Source: Tubulanus polymorphus
Lineage: Eukaryota; Animalia; Nemertea
Direction of reading: 5' to 3'
NCBI RefSeq assembly: GCF_964204645.1
Contig: NC_134031.1
Coordinates: 4,030,001-4,094,000, forward strand
DNA: 64,000 bases
Within the stretch, counting starts at the first letter, position 1. Each line of letters starts with the position of its first letter. Position numbers and translations under genes: made by a program. Below, one piece after another: positions 32,484-45,280 of the stretch. The notes below the pieces were generated by a model. The model did no database searches. It was not told where the DNA came from and saw nothing but the letters and a program-made list of their open reading frames with translations.

Positions 32484-35400
32484 ATGAAACTTCTTTCCGT
32501 TCTGCTGACTATTTTTGGAGCAACTCACTTGTGTCGATGCGCAAGTTGGCTGAACATGTATGACAAAGAATTAGATTTTTCTTGCCCCGATGGCCAACAC
32601 ATTTACAGCATCGAAAGTCGACACGATGATTATAAAGAGGACCGACAGTGGTCTTTGAAATGTCGTCCGGGATTCGTCTCAACAGGGAAGGATTGTTCAC
32701 TATCAAAAAACTATATAAATGACTTTCGAGTAACAATCGACCATAAATGTCCCGGAAACGCCATCCTTACTGGCTTGTACAGTATACACGATGACGTTGA
32801 GGAAGACCGGAAATGGAAATTCCGCTGTTGTCAGGTACGAAACTAAATTTGATTCTATGTATGTTAGCTAGACCTGATTGCAGCGCAAGTTCAATCCGAT
32901 AAGATAGTTAAATTTAAACCGATTAAATCTTGAATTTAATCAAATTGTACTCAAATTTTGTCTCGTCTTCTTAATTTCTCATATTCAGCTAGCAACCATT
33001 CCTTCGACTGCATGTAGGACGACAAACTTTATCAGCAAAGGCGATGAACATTTCATTTCTGAAGTCGGACACGACGAGGCAATAGTCGGACTTTACAGCG
33101 ATTATTTGAAAGACAACTGGTAAGTAGTGATAGATTCCGCATAATAATCCGCACTAATGGACAACACATTTTATAACACAGAGGATCTAACTTATTACCT
33201 AAATGATGTATTCAACTTCAGGGATCGTCAGTGGAAGCTGCACGTTTGTAAATTTACCACGTGTCAAGTTAAACATGCCGAGATTTTGGATCCGATTGTT
33301 CCGAAATTCGAGGGATTGAAATATGTTGGTTTAAATTTTGGTAATCGCTGCAGCACCGGAAGTACGATGTTAATGCTTGAAGATATTCACGGAGGCACAG
33401 AAACTACATCCATGTCTGATACCGTCACTGGCACTTGGTCCTTCGGAGGGTCACTCTCATGTGGAGCGTCATTGAAAGTCGGTGCTGGCGGTAATGATGG
33501 TCAGGTATCAGTTAGTACGACATTAACAACTAAATATTCGAGTACTAATACTGAAGTGAATATGAGATCAGTTGCAAAAACTACGACAAACAAAGCTAAC
33601 AAAAAACTGGAAATAGTCGGACCGGGTGCGGGTTTGATTGTCGCTATGTCAAAGTTGTATCAATTTGATCGCAGCGATGTAAGAGTTGAGAATTTTATAG
33701 TATGTAAAGATGGCCGCCATTTCAATGAGACGAGAAAAGTCGCCTTGACTCATAAGGTTTTCGCCGTGACGCACTTTTCGACTGAAACTGCTTTTTACAA
33801 CGAAGGGCAATGCCAGGAAGTAAATCCTTGCATGGAAACCATCAGGAATTCAATCGATGCATTTAAACCGTACGATATAATTCGTAGATTCCAAAGCTGT
33901 TTTATCAATGGTATCGGAAATACTTCGATGATTGATAATCAGGATTTGGCAGGTAAAATTCCAATACTTCGTTCAAACAAACTGTTGAAACAAAGATCAA
34001 TTGGCAGAACTAAATTTTCTGAATTGAATAAATGTTTTTATTTGCAGCAAAACAGGATGGGTTTGAGGGCTGCTTCAAGGATGATAAGCCTACGGATTTG
34101 ACCGGTTACGCCTTTTCGTCTGACAAAATGACAATTAGAATGTGCATCAATAACTGTGGGATGCAAGGTAATGAATTAGAATTGTTATTCTAATATTCTA
34201 ATATAACAGATAGTTTGGCTGTAATTTTTTGGATTTTAACTTGTCATTTCATCTTTTTTTCCAAATCGAATCATCAAATTAATAAGGAAAAGGTTATGCT
34301 GGAATACAAAATGGAAGTCACTGTTATTGCGGTGATTCGTTCGGGACGTATGGAGAGCTACCAGAAAGTAGATGTTCGGTGCCATGCAGCGGACAGTCGG
34401 ATAAGAATTGCGGAGGTATCATGAAGAACTCAATTTTCAAAGTAAAACGTTTTTACGTTGGTTGTTTTGTTGACAACGAAAACGGAGATTTGCCGCATGC
34501 TCAGAAGATCGCTCCTAATATGGATGTAGATATGTGTTTAGATCATTGTCGGGCGAATGGTAAATATCTGAATGTTCAGACATCTGAATAAATATCAGGC
34601 AACAAAACTGTGACAGTATTTACATGTCAGAAAATCTGTAAAACCTATTCCGTTTATTCTAGAAAATGATAATTAGTTTTATTTCCAGGTTATAGATACG
34701 CGGGTTTACAGAAAGGAACGACGTGTAATTGCGGTCGTGGTTACGGTAAATACGGCATGAGATCTGATAATTGGTGTGAAATGAAGTGTGCAGGTGATGA
34801 GGGAGAAATGTGTGGTGGAAAGTCCACGAATTCAGTTTACAGGACTCAGAAGAATTATATGGGTTGTTTTGAGAAAGGTAACCCATGCAGTATGTACTGC
34901 GGAGAGGATTGTTCCGTGGAGATAATGTATGTCGGCTGTTTGGAGGCTGATAAATGTAAAATGACTGTAAAGAAGCATGCCTCGGATATGAGTGTAGAGA
35001 TGTGTTTAAAACATTGCTTCCTAAAAGGTAGGTATCATGATACAGAATAACTCGGTTCGATAGTTCCAGGTGACATGTTTTAGGTTTAAAGCACTGGAAA
35101 TGTACTTATTCTAACATAGTTAAAATTCGAACCTGCAACTGTAAAACTAGTTCCAAGGTTTTTAAGGTTAAAAGAAATGGTTCATGCGATGTTTACGTTT
35201 TACTTGTTTAGGATTCAAATATGCCGGTTTACAAGAAGGAACGACTTGCTTGTGTAGTTCTGATTGCGCAACGGACGATGCGAAATCGAATGCCGAGTGT
35301 AACGTCCCCTGTAATGGAAATCTGTACGAATCGTGTGGCGGAAAACAAACACACTCCGTTTACAAAATCTGGAAAGAATTAAATGAGAGAAATAGTAAAT

Positions 35401-36591
35401 TTACCGAATATATGGGATGTTTTGCTGATAAAGAGGAAAGAGATTTGTCTGCTTTGACGATGGAAAGTAAAGATGAAATGACCATAGAGAAATGTGTCGA
35501 ATTTTGTCAGTCGGATGGTATGTATATCAATGTTGCAATTTTGTAAAAAGAAAAAAAAGACATGTGAAATTGAATCCTGGGGCGCTGATATCCAAATACA
35601 CTCTAGACGGTGTCAAAATGCTACGTTCTCTTCTTTTTTCAAGGTTACAGATACGCCGCAGTACAGTTTGGCTATGCGTGTTTCTGTGGCCAAAGCTTTG
35701 GGAGACACGGCAAAGCATCAAAATGTGACGTGAAATGTCCCGGTAACAAGGATCAAGTGTGTGGCGGGGTATCAATGAATTCGGTTTACAAAATTTTGAA
35801 TTACGTTGCAATAAATTATATTGGATGTTACAAAGATTTATATAGCAGAGACTTACTCGGTGCAGAAATCATCGATGATCAGATGACTATACTGACCTGT
35901 GCTGATACTTGTCGTTTAAAAGGTATAAGTTCCCTGTAGTTAAAATCTTCATAAAAGGTTATTAACGATGGCAAAGTCCGTACGATTTTTGTGTTATTCT
36001 TTGTCCAGGTTACAAATATGCAGGTGTACAGTCCAGCAAATATTGTTACTGCGGCAATAGTTATGGACAACACGGCAAGGCAAATAATGATACTGAGTGT
36101 AATAGTCAGTGTGGAGGTAACAAAAATGAAATTTGTGGAGGCAGCTGGAGGAACTCTATTTACAAAGTAGGAATGGATTACTTCCCGTGTGCAACAGAAA
36201 CGAAACCTTTAATACACGACAGCATGGCAATAGATCGGTGCATTGATTACTGCGTATTGATGAAAAAAGGTGAGTTTGATGATTAAAATGGAATTAAAAA
36301 TTGTTGAAATCATGGATAAATGAAATAGAAGTTACAATATTAACCTATTGTACGGTGAACACGAGATTGATTAATTTGACCCTAATTACCTGACATAAGA
36401 TCTTTTGCTTTTTCCACGCAGGATTCAAGTACACATACTTATCCAATGGTAATGAATGTAGGTGCGGTTTGGCCAGTGGTCCTCTTCACGGTAGAAAGGT
36501 CTCTGACATGACTTGTACTTCGACCTGCAAAGGCGAGAAAGAGGAATTTTGCGGAGCACCTAGCCTGATGTCCGCTTTTCAAATATCTTAA
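32484..36591 (+). CDS. Secreted DPT/HAAF + putative aerolysin-like domain + 6 WSC protein, copy B (986 aa)
   Basis: Exons 32484-32834, 32989-33119, 33222-33952, 34048-34167, 34287-34559, 34689-35027, 35212-35517, 35644-35922, 36009-36269, 36422-36591; every exon length identical to copy A and sequence near-identical. Confidence 0.92.
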
Positions 36592-37589
36592 AAACCATTT
36601 TCCTATAAATTTATAGCTTCTCGTGTATTGAATAAATATCTCGAGTTCAGAAATAACTATGAAAATTAAGTTCTCAGTATGAAATCACTAAGGTGTTATC
36701 CTCTCGAGGACCTTGAGACACAACATCAAATAAGGAGACAATTGCAAATGGACATTTCGTGGATGTATTTTTTGCTCGCATCACTTCAGTTGCCGATGCT
36801 CGTGCAGATTGTCAACCGTCGGACATCGCCATTGCATTACTAGGATGAGCCTCTTTCGGACCAGTCAGTTTCATTGACTCGCCAACGATCTTGTAAAGAC
36901 AAATTCAGGCATAGCGTCCATAAAAACATTTTTTTTATTAGAAGTTCAACTATAGAAAGTAAATAACTAAAATAGAACATCACAATTACACAAAACTAAA
37001 CAACGCAAGCGTAAGATTTGTTGTTCCTGTCCGACGGTAGACCATCTTCCCTCGGCAGGAATTCGAACGCTCAGCCACGGCACGAACCCTGGCAATCTCG
37101 ATGCCGTCAGTCAGGTTCGAATCCCTGCCGGGTTAGGATGACGGTAGTGAATGGCAAAGTCCAGTTAACCCGATGGGCGTGACTCGATAATCGGTGTCAT
37201 ATTAGTCAACGTTCCATGATTTTCATGTTCCATGTTAATTTTCAACTCTAAATTTCGTATCTACAGCCTCTTTAGATCTAAATTGCATTCTACATTCGGA
37301 GTTGAAAGGTTGAAACAGATAAAAGTCATTTTTCGATTATCAACAATCTTTTATTATATTCAGGCTTTTTGAAAAAGCTTTTTAAAACTGTTTTATGTTT
37401 TGTGTAGATATGCTTGAATAATTCTAAATTCTATTTGATAGCAATTAATCAAACTAATGATTGAAAAATTGAACCTATCGTATTTCCGTTTGCTACGTCT
37501 GTTTAAACATTTAAACGATGTTCATATTTTGTTTTGACTTAAGTCATTATTATCATTAATCGACTGTCAGTGAAGTACAGATCGTAACC

Positions 37590-40500
37590 ATGTCAACACA
37601 CGTAAGTCATGTATATAAAATATGAGATTAAAAGAAAACTTGTTTTCAATGAAATTGAGTTAAACGCTGGGACCGAATACTTACCTGAAATTATTAATTG
37701 AATATATAATGGACATGATAGTCTGTCGCACATCGTCCGATTTGGTACAGCTTTAACTGATATTTTCGTGTATTAGCATAAGTCATAACTGATCACTAAA
37801 TGAAATGTTCCTTAATCAAAACACAGTGTACACAATACACTACTGTATAATTCTTATAGACATACTCTTTAGTTGTACGCATGTATTTATTTTTTACTTT
37901 AGTATACAACATTATTTCTCCTGCTGGTCGGCAATTTCGGGCTGATTCACAGGGTCCAGGGAGCAATTTGGGCGAATCAGTTCGGAGAACCGCTGAAATT
38001 CACCTGCCCCGATGGCCAGTACGTACACGGTATCGAAACTCGTTTTGATGGCAAAAAGAAAGATCGCGAATACGCTTTCAAATGTCGCGCGGGTTTTGTA
38101 TCGTCTGGGGCCGAATGTTCATTCGCAGAGAATTACGTGAACGCGGTGAAGGCTTCGGCGAATTTCACGTGTCCAGACGACTCGATCATCACCGGTGTTA
38201 AAAGCGTTTACGATACTGTCCTGCGAGACAGATTGTTTACATTCAGATGCTGTAAGGTAAGGTCTGCTTCACCCTGGTCGAAAATGGCACCGTATGGTTA
38301 ATAGGAATGGTTCATCTTTTTAATTATTTGCATACCCGAATAGCTCACAAATTAACATATGGGCATTTGGCAAACGTTACCAATCCACTATTGAAATTTC
38401 TCTTTTTTTACCAAAATATCAAATATCGTTTGGAATCATAGTAAATTATACGATTTGCTCTGCTCTAAAGTTCGACGAAGATCATGAGTTTGAACCAAAT
38501 GTTGATCAAATATACTTGTTTTTTTTTTAAATATAGTCGTGAATTTCCGTGGTTTTTGTCGTGATTCTAATGATATACCATCAAATCTATTTCTCAGTTA
38601 AGAACTCTTCCCGGTAACGATTGTCGCACAACCGAATTCTTAGGTGACTACGCTGAACATTATATTCGTGAAGTCTATTACGACGAAGCCGTAGTTGGAG
38701 TGTATAGCGAATATAAGGATAAAGCCAAGTAGGATACGTATATTTTTGTAGTGTTAAATCTAAAATCTAGCAAAAATCATAATTTGATATCAATTAGAAG
38801 GTTTTCGAAGTTTTATCGACGAATTTCCTAACTACGGATGTTGGAGGAAGCTTCGAATAGAAAATGAAACATATTTCAAGATATATTGGAAAACAATTAA
38901 GAAATTGATTATTGTACATAACTTAAGGCGTTAAAATCTCTTGTTGATATCCCATGCGCGAAATATTAAGAATAACATTTTTCCATGATCGCCTCCATCC
39001 TTATCACTGGAATAGAGTCTGTATTTCTAAGTATTCTGTTCCAGGGACCGTCGTTGGAAAATGCACGTTTGTAAATTTACTACGTGTCAAGCGACCAACA
39101 TGAACATCCTGGAAACAATAGTACCAAAATACGATGGTATTCGTTTGGTCGGTATGAATACGGTCAGTCGTTGTATCAATGGAAGCACGATGCTCGAATT
39201 GTCGGACATTCGTTCGGACACGGAAACCACGTCCATCGCAGATTCCCTGTCGAATTCGTGGACGTACGGTACATCGATAGGCGTGTCGGGAAGAGCCTCA
39301 GTCGGTTTCATGGGAACCGGAATCACAGTCGCGGGAGGTGGTTCGTTAATGAGCGTCAACTCTCAGTCAAGCGGTACAGTCGATATAAGCGGTAACACGC
39401 ATACGATTTCGCATACGGCTCTGGGCACTCTTGAAGTGCGAGGCCCTGGGGCAGGTGTAATCGTTGCTATGGCTAAAATGTACAAATTCGATAGGAACAA
39501 TGTCGAGGTGGAGTTCGGTGTCGTCTGTAAAGATGGACGAAAATTCAATTCCACAAAGAGGGTCGCCTTACGTCATAAGGTTTATTCCGCGACGCACTTT
39601 ACCACAGAAATCGGTATCTACAATCGTGACCAGTGTGAAGAACTAGATCCCTGCACCTCTAACCTCAGAGACAACGTCGACACGTTCAAACCGTACGATA
39701 TCATTCGCAAATTCAAGAACTGCTTCAAGAATGGCATCGGGAAAACTTCGATGATTGATGATTATGATTTGGCGGGTAAATTCATAAACCTTTACAAAAA
39801 CATCTGTGTCCATAATGGCAATCAAGTTGTCATGCGATTTGAATTTTGTTTAATCAGCTACAGAAAAACTTAAATCTTTTGTGTGATGACACCAGGTGAA
39901 TCGATGATTTAGAATGATCTTCATGGGGAAGAGGTCTTCTCGTTGTGGAGGTTTTTGCGACAATTATTTTCAATAGTTTCAATTAATTAAATCTTACAGC
40001 ACAACAAGAAGGATTTATGGGTTGCTTCCAGGATAATGAAGTTAGAGATTTTACCGCTTATGCCTTTACATCTAGCAATATCACAGTTAAAATGTGCGTT
40101 AATATCTGCGGGATGAAAGGTACTAGTATTTCGGCATCAAACAATCGATTGGATCCAATAGTAGATAATTGATAATGAATATTATTCATACACTTAATAT
40201 CATCATCAAGAATTCATTCAATTATCACTTTCTCATTCTCGACCAGGAAAGGGTTATGCTGGAATACAAAATGGACGTCACTGTTATTGCGGTGATTCGT
40301 TCGGGACATATGGAGAGCTACCAGAAAGCGAATGTTCAGTGCCATGCAGTGGACAACCGGATAAGAAATGCGGAGGTATCATGAAGAACTCAATTTTCAA
40401 AGTAAAACGTTTTTACGTCGGTTGTTTCGTTGACAACGAAAATAGAGATTTGCCGCATGTTGAGAAGATCGCTCCCAATATGCATGTAGATATGTGTTTA

Positions 40501-43126
40501 GATCATTGTCGCGCGAATGGTAAATATATGTACATAAAATGGTTATCAATTTTTGTGTAAAAATGAGGAAAATATGTCTGAAAAATGTAATTGTTCGAAC
40601 GTATTCTTCTGACTAGTTTTGCCACACCAACATACATTTTAGGTTACAGATATGCCGGTTTACAAAATGGTGATCAGTGTTTCTGTGGTCATTCGTACGG
40701 TAAATATGGAATGAGATCCGACAAATGGTGCGACATGAAGTGTGCCGGCGACGAGGTGGAAAAGTGCGGAGATGTGTTGAAGAATTCAATTTACAAGGTT
40801 CAAAAAAATCTTCTGGGCTGTTTCGAAGAAGTTGGTACCTGTGAAAGGTTCTGCGATCGACGAAACTGTATTGTAGAACCAGTTTATGTAGGTTGTTACG
40901 CTGATAAATCTGATTCAAGAGATTTGCCATTTGAAATGAAGGACGCTCCGAACATGGATGTAGGAATATGCTTAGAACATTGCTATTCACGAGGCATGTA
41001 GTTTTTCCCTTCTCTAAGCTATTTCATGAGCAATGACTTTTCGACACCCCTGTTGTCATGGCCAAAAGTGTTAGAATTATCAACTCAGAATTAACTTAAT
41101 TTGTAGCCTTTCAAATCAAAATAACAACTAATAACAACTAACAATTGGTGTCATATGATAACATTTAACTCATCTTTAACATTCTTAGATATTTTATTTG
41201 TTTAGGTTATCAATACGCAGGCTTACAGTCCGGTACTTCTTGTTTCTGCGGTAACAATTTCGGCAATTACACTCTAAAACCAGATGCGGAGTGTTTCAAG
41301 GCGTGCCCGGGAAATCAGTACGAATTCTGCGGTGGACATATGCGAAATTCGGTCTACAAGATCTGGCGTGACCCTCGAGAGAATTACGAACAGAAAACAT
41401 CATATATCGGCTGTTATAAAGATACGGAAAAATTTGATTTAGACGGTGCATTGGGTCGCAATAGTGGTTTAACTATTGAGAAATGTCTGGGGTTTTGTCG
41501 TTCTAACGGTGAGTTTTATCAACTACAACAACCCGGTATTAACTGCGATTTCAATATTTGTAATATTTCTTTACTTTCCAATACAGTAAGTTTTTATATG
41601 TATAAAGTATTGATATACGTATTCCTTTGAAAACGAAAGACTACAGAGGTGTTTCTTTTTTATAGGTTATCCGTATGCCGGTCTGCAATACGGGAAAATA
41701 TGTATGTGCGGTCATAGATTCGGAAAATATAGCACGAGTCCAGAAAACGAGTGCAAAATGAAATGTTCAGGGGATAACTCTCAAATTTGTGGAAATTACT
41801 TGAGGAATTCAATTCACAAAATCTGGAAACATGCGCTGTATTTGGGTATCAAAAACGTTGGTTGTTACCAAGATGACGTGCTTGTGAAAAATGCAACAGT
41901 TCCTTCGATGATTGACTTGAATATCACTGTTCGGAATTGTGCGGTATTTTGTATCTCACGTGGTAAGTCATAGCACCACGAGAATGTCTCATGAGCTCGT
42001 TCCCCGTTGCAAACTTATAGGATGAGACCTATTCTGACGAGCCGTCCATAGAACTAAGTATTCGAATGATCTAAGGATTCAAGATCAAGCCCTGTGGAAC
42101 TAGACCTGGGTTTAGCAAGTGAATTGGATTAGTCATATCTGAATATAATAAGTTAAAAGTGAATAGTCCATCTCATCAAGTTGTTTTCCTTTGCATAGGT
42201 TACAAATACTCGGGATTACAGAGCAGTTCAAAGTGTTATTGTAGTCAAAATTTGGAGAACATGGATAAGAGGTCGAGCAGTGAATGTAACATGAAGTGTA
42301 GAGGCCAGCGAAATGAAGTTTGTGGCGGGGACATAATGGTTTCGATTTACAAACTAGGAACGGATGATTTCCCTTGTTTAGGAAAAAAAGAATTAGAAGT
42401 TTTACGTCATGGCGACATGTCGATAGATCGCTGCATCGACTATTGTACAATAAAGACCGGTATGTTCAATTAAACTGTCTGTGTAAGGGATTTCCCCGCC
42501 ATAAATCATCTAATTTTATTTGTGAAAATTTAACTCATACCCGATACTCAGATATAAAAGCATTCGAATCAATTCAGCAGCGGCGTCTACCCTCGAACCG
42601 CCGTTTAACAGGTTTTCAATAAATCCACATTTCTGGTCCAGACCCGCAGTTCCTAAGTTCTGTGTTAAGGTTAGATTTGCCTCTTCAGGTAAAACATCGA
42701 AAATTAACTAACTTTGACTCGAGTTAACTTTTACTCGGAACTGTGGAACTAGAGTCGTCCTAGGTATTCGTTTGAAACATCGAAGACACACTTCATCAAT
42801 TTGATGTCATTTTTGGTTCGATGAGCAGTTTTGAATAGACAACATATTTGTGTAAAAGGTGGTTTTGATCATTCAAAAAGAAACCTTGCTCGTGATGCTA
42901 ACAACACTACATTAGTCATTCTTAATTCATATCGGTTTTTGTATTTCTGTTTGTAGGTAATAAGTACGCGTATCTGAAGTATGGAGAACGCTGTACATGC
43001 GCGACGGCGCAAGACCCTCGACATTCGAACCAAATTCCTGACAATCTTTGCAGCTCGACCTGCAAAGGAAACAAAAATGAGCTTTGTGGAAGTGACACTT
43101 CAGTTTCTGCGTTTCAAATATCTTAG
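37590..43126 (+). CDS. Secreted DPT/HAAF + putative aerolysin-like domain + 6 WSC protein, divergent copy C (1000 aa)
   Basis: Exons 37590-37601, 37903-38256, 38598-38728, 39045-39775, 40000-40119, 40247-40519, 40643-40993 (GC donor), 41206-41508, 41666-41962, 42199-42459, 42957-43126 = 3003 nt. N-terminus MSTHYTTLFLLLVGNFGLIHRVQG; same C-terminus SAFQIS* as A and B. Confidence 0.88.
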
Positions 43127-43591
43127 TGCAACTATTCCGTCATCTTCGAGCACAGGTGTGGGTTAGAAACGTGCTCGTTTTCAAACATCTAACTTTCAAT
43201 TAACTTTTGACGTGGAACCGCATGGGCCCAGGTTCGAGAATAAAAACTTTGAATAATCCATCAACATTTTGTAGTTGACTTTTAATTTTGGATTTTTATT
43301 CGATAATCCCCCTCCTGATGTCGGACCGATTAGTATGTTGGTATTCTAATGTCAGGTTTGATGTAGGAAAAAATACCTATCCGGTGATATATTGACGACA
43401 ACATTTTTGGAATTACTTCCTGTTTAGGTTTGTTAAAAAATAAGCGTTTTCAATACTTTTGAAAATCTCATGAATAGTTGATAAAACGTATATTACAGAG
43501 TAGATAGCTATAGATAATAGAATGTGGGACAAGCGCACGTGACGTATTTTCGAATTGCTATTAGGAGGTCTACGTCACAAAGCTATTTCAA

Positions 43592-44605
43592 ATGACGGAG
43601 AAGGTTGATCCACCACCGGCCTACGGGACGGGCTATCCGCCTCAAGGCCCAGCACAACCACAACCAGCATATGGACCGGGACCTCCACCACCACCGCAAG
43701 GATCAGGCTACGGAACGGGCTACCCGCCTCAAGGCCCAGCACAACCACAATCAGCATATGGACCGGGACCCCCACCACCACCGCAAGGATATGTGACTCC
43801 GCAAGGTAGTAGGTTAAACCTGTCAAAATCTATATCCGCAAGTTAGCGTAAAAACAGATCAAAATTCTCGTATCTCAAGAAATTTTTTGACAACTCGATG
43901 GGGGTTTAAGTTTACTGGATGATTTCGTTTTTTGAATTCAAGGTGGGCCTGTGAATGTAACCTCAACTGTGGTCGTGGCCAACCCTAATTCCGTCCTGCC
44001 GGGTTACCCGACTAACACATTCTGCCCGTCGTGTATGACAACCGTCGGTACAAACGTTGAATATCAAATTGGTTTATTATGCTGGCTGATCGTCGGAGTC
44101 CTGATTATATTCGGGTACGTATCAGTAGATTTTAAGAAATTCATTCTTATTGTGGAAGTAATTTTCATCATTGTTAGTTCTGCATTATTCGGTGCTGGTC
44201 ACGCTGAAAACAGTAATTTCTAACAGTAATCAGAAGACTTGATCGAAAGAGTGAAAGACCCAAATTTTGAAAAGGCTACTCATAAGCCTGGTAGTCGTCT
44301 CTAGTCACCGGCGTGCGAAAGGTCGCATCATTCCGGAAAATGTCCTAACGAAATATCCGCACCAATTAAATGAATTCAGTTAGTAGAATGACAAATATTT
44401 CTAATACAACTATGTCTATAAAATTTCTATACTTAAATCTTAAGTATATAATCTGCAAATTACATTCTAAAATTTGATTGATCGCATATTTTGTAGATGT
44501 TGGCTGGGTTGTTGTTTGATACCGTTCTGTGTTGACTCCTGCAAAGATGCGGTACATCGATGTCAGAACTGTGGCCGGATTGTGGGAATTCACAAAGTTA
44601 TCTAA
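43592..44605 (+). CDS. LITAF/CDIP1-family protein with proline-rich N-terminus
   Basis: Exons 43592-43805, 43943-44114, 44497-44605. PPPAY motif, CPSC...hydrophobic segment ([25 protein letters not shown])...HRCQNC. Confidence 0.93.
43621..43790 (+). repeat. 87-bp (29-codon) coding tandem repeat in LITAF-1
   Basis: [14 protein letters not shown](P/S)[12 protein letters not shown] twice. Confidence 0.9.
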
Positions 44606-45280
44606 AATTACCGGAAAAACTGTCTTCTTTTTGATATTTTATTCGCTTCAAAGAATAATTCAAGCACGATTTAATGAATAAATTTGAATAAACAGATATA
44701 TAACATCGGGTTAACTGTCTCGGATGCTAATTAGATATTTTATCATAATCGAGCCAAATAATATAATCGCATCATATGAACTCCTGCTGTACCCGTAGCT
44801 TTGGTAACTTTGTTAGATGTGATATATCAGATTTATGAGTTGGTTTACATGGATAAATTGCATAAAGAATAAATTATGATATAGATAGTAGTGGATCCAT
44901 AGTTTTGGATAACGACCTATTTTGAAAATTGTTAGTATTCATCTCCCAGTATTGCTGAATAAGACACCGATTTCTATGTTCGAGTCAAATGATAGTGATG
45001 ATGAATTGTTATAAATATTACAATAAATAAAAAATCTATTCTGTTATGTACATGTACGACATTTTTTTTTCGTTTACGAGCTGGAGTTCAGGTCTTGTAT
45101 GCTTTATCTCAACGCCATAATTCGGTCAGGATTTCTAAATCGTTTTATCAAACAACATAAAAATATGAGTCACACAGGGATAGCATATTTACTAAACCTA
45201 TTTGATTACATAGTGGTATATGAAGAGCTTGAAACAACTAGGACACGAAATTTTCATGTCACCATTTGTGTACATTCAAA

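Noticed and set aside
41985-42060. Possible hammerhead (CTGACGAG at ~42034)
   Set aside because: No correctly placed GAAA or consistent stems.
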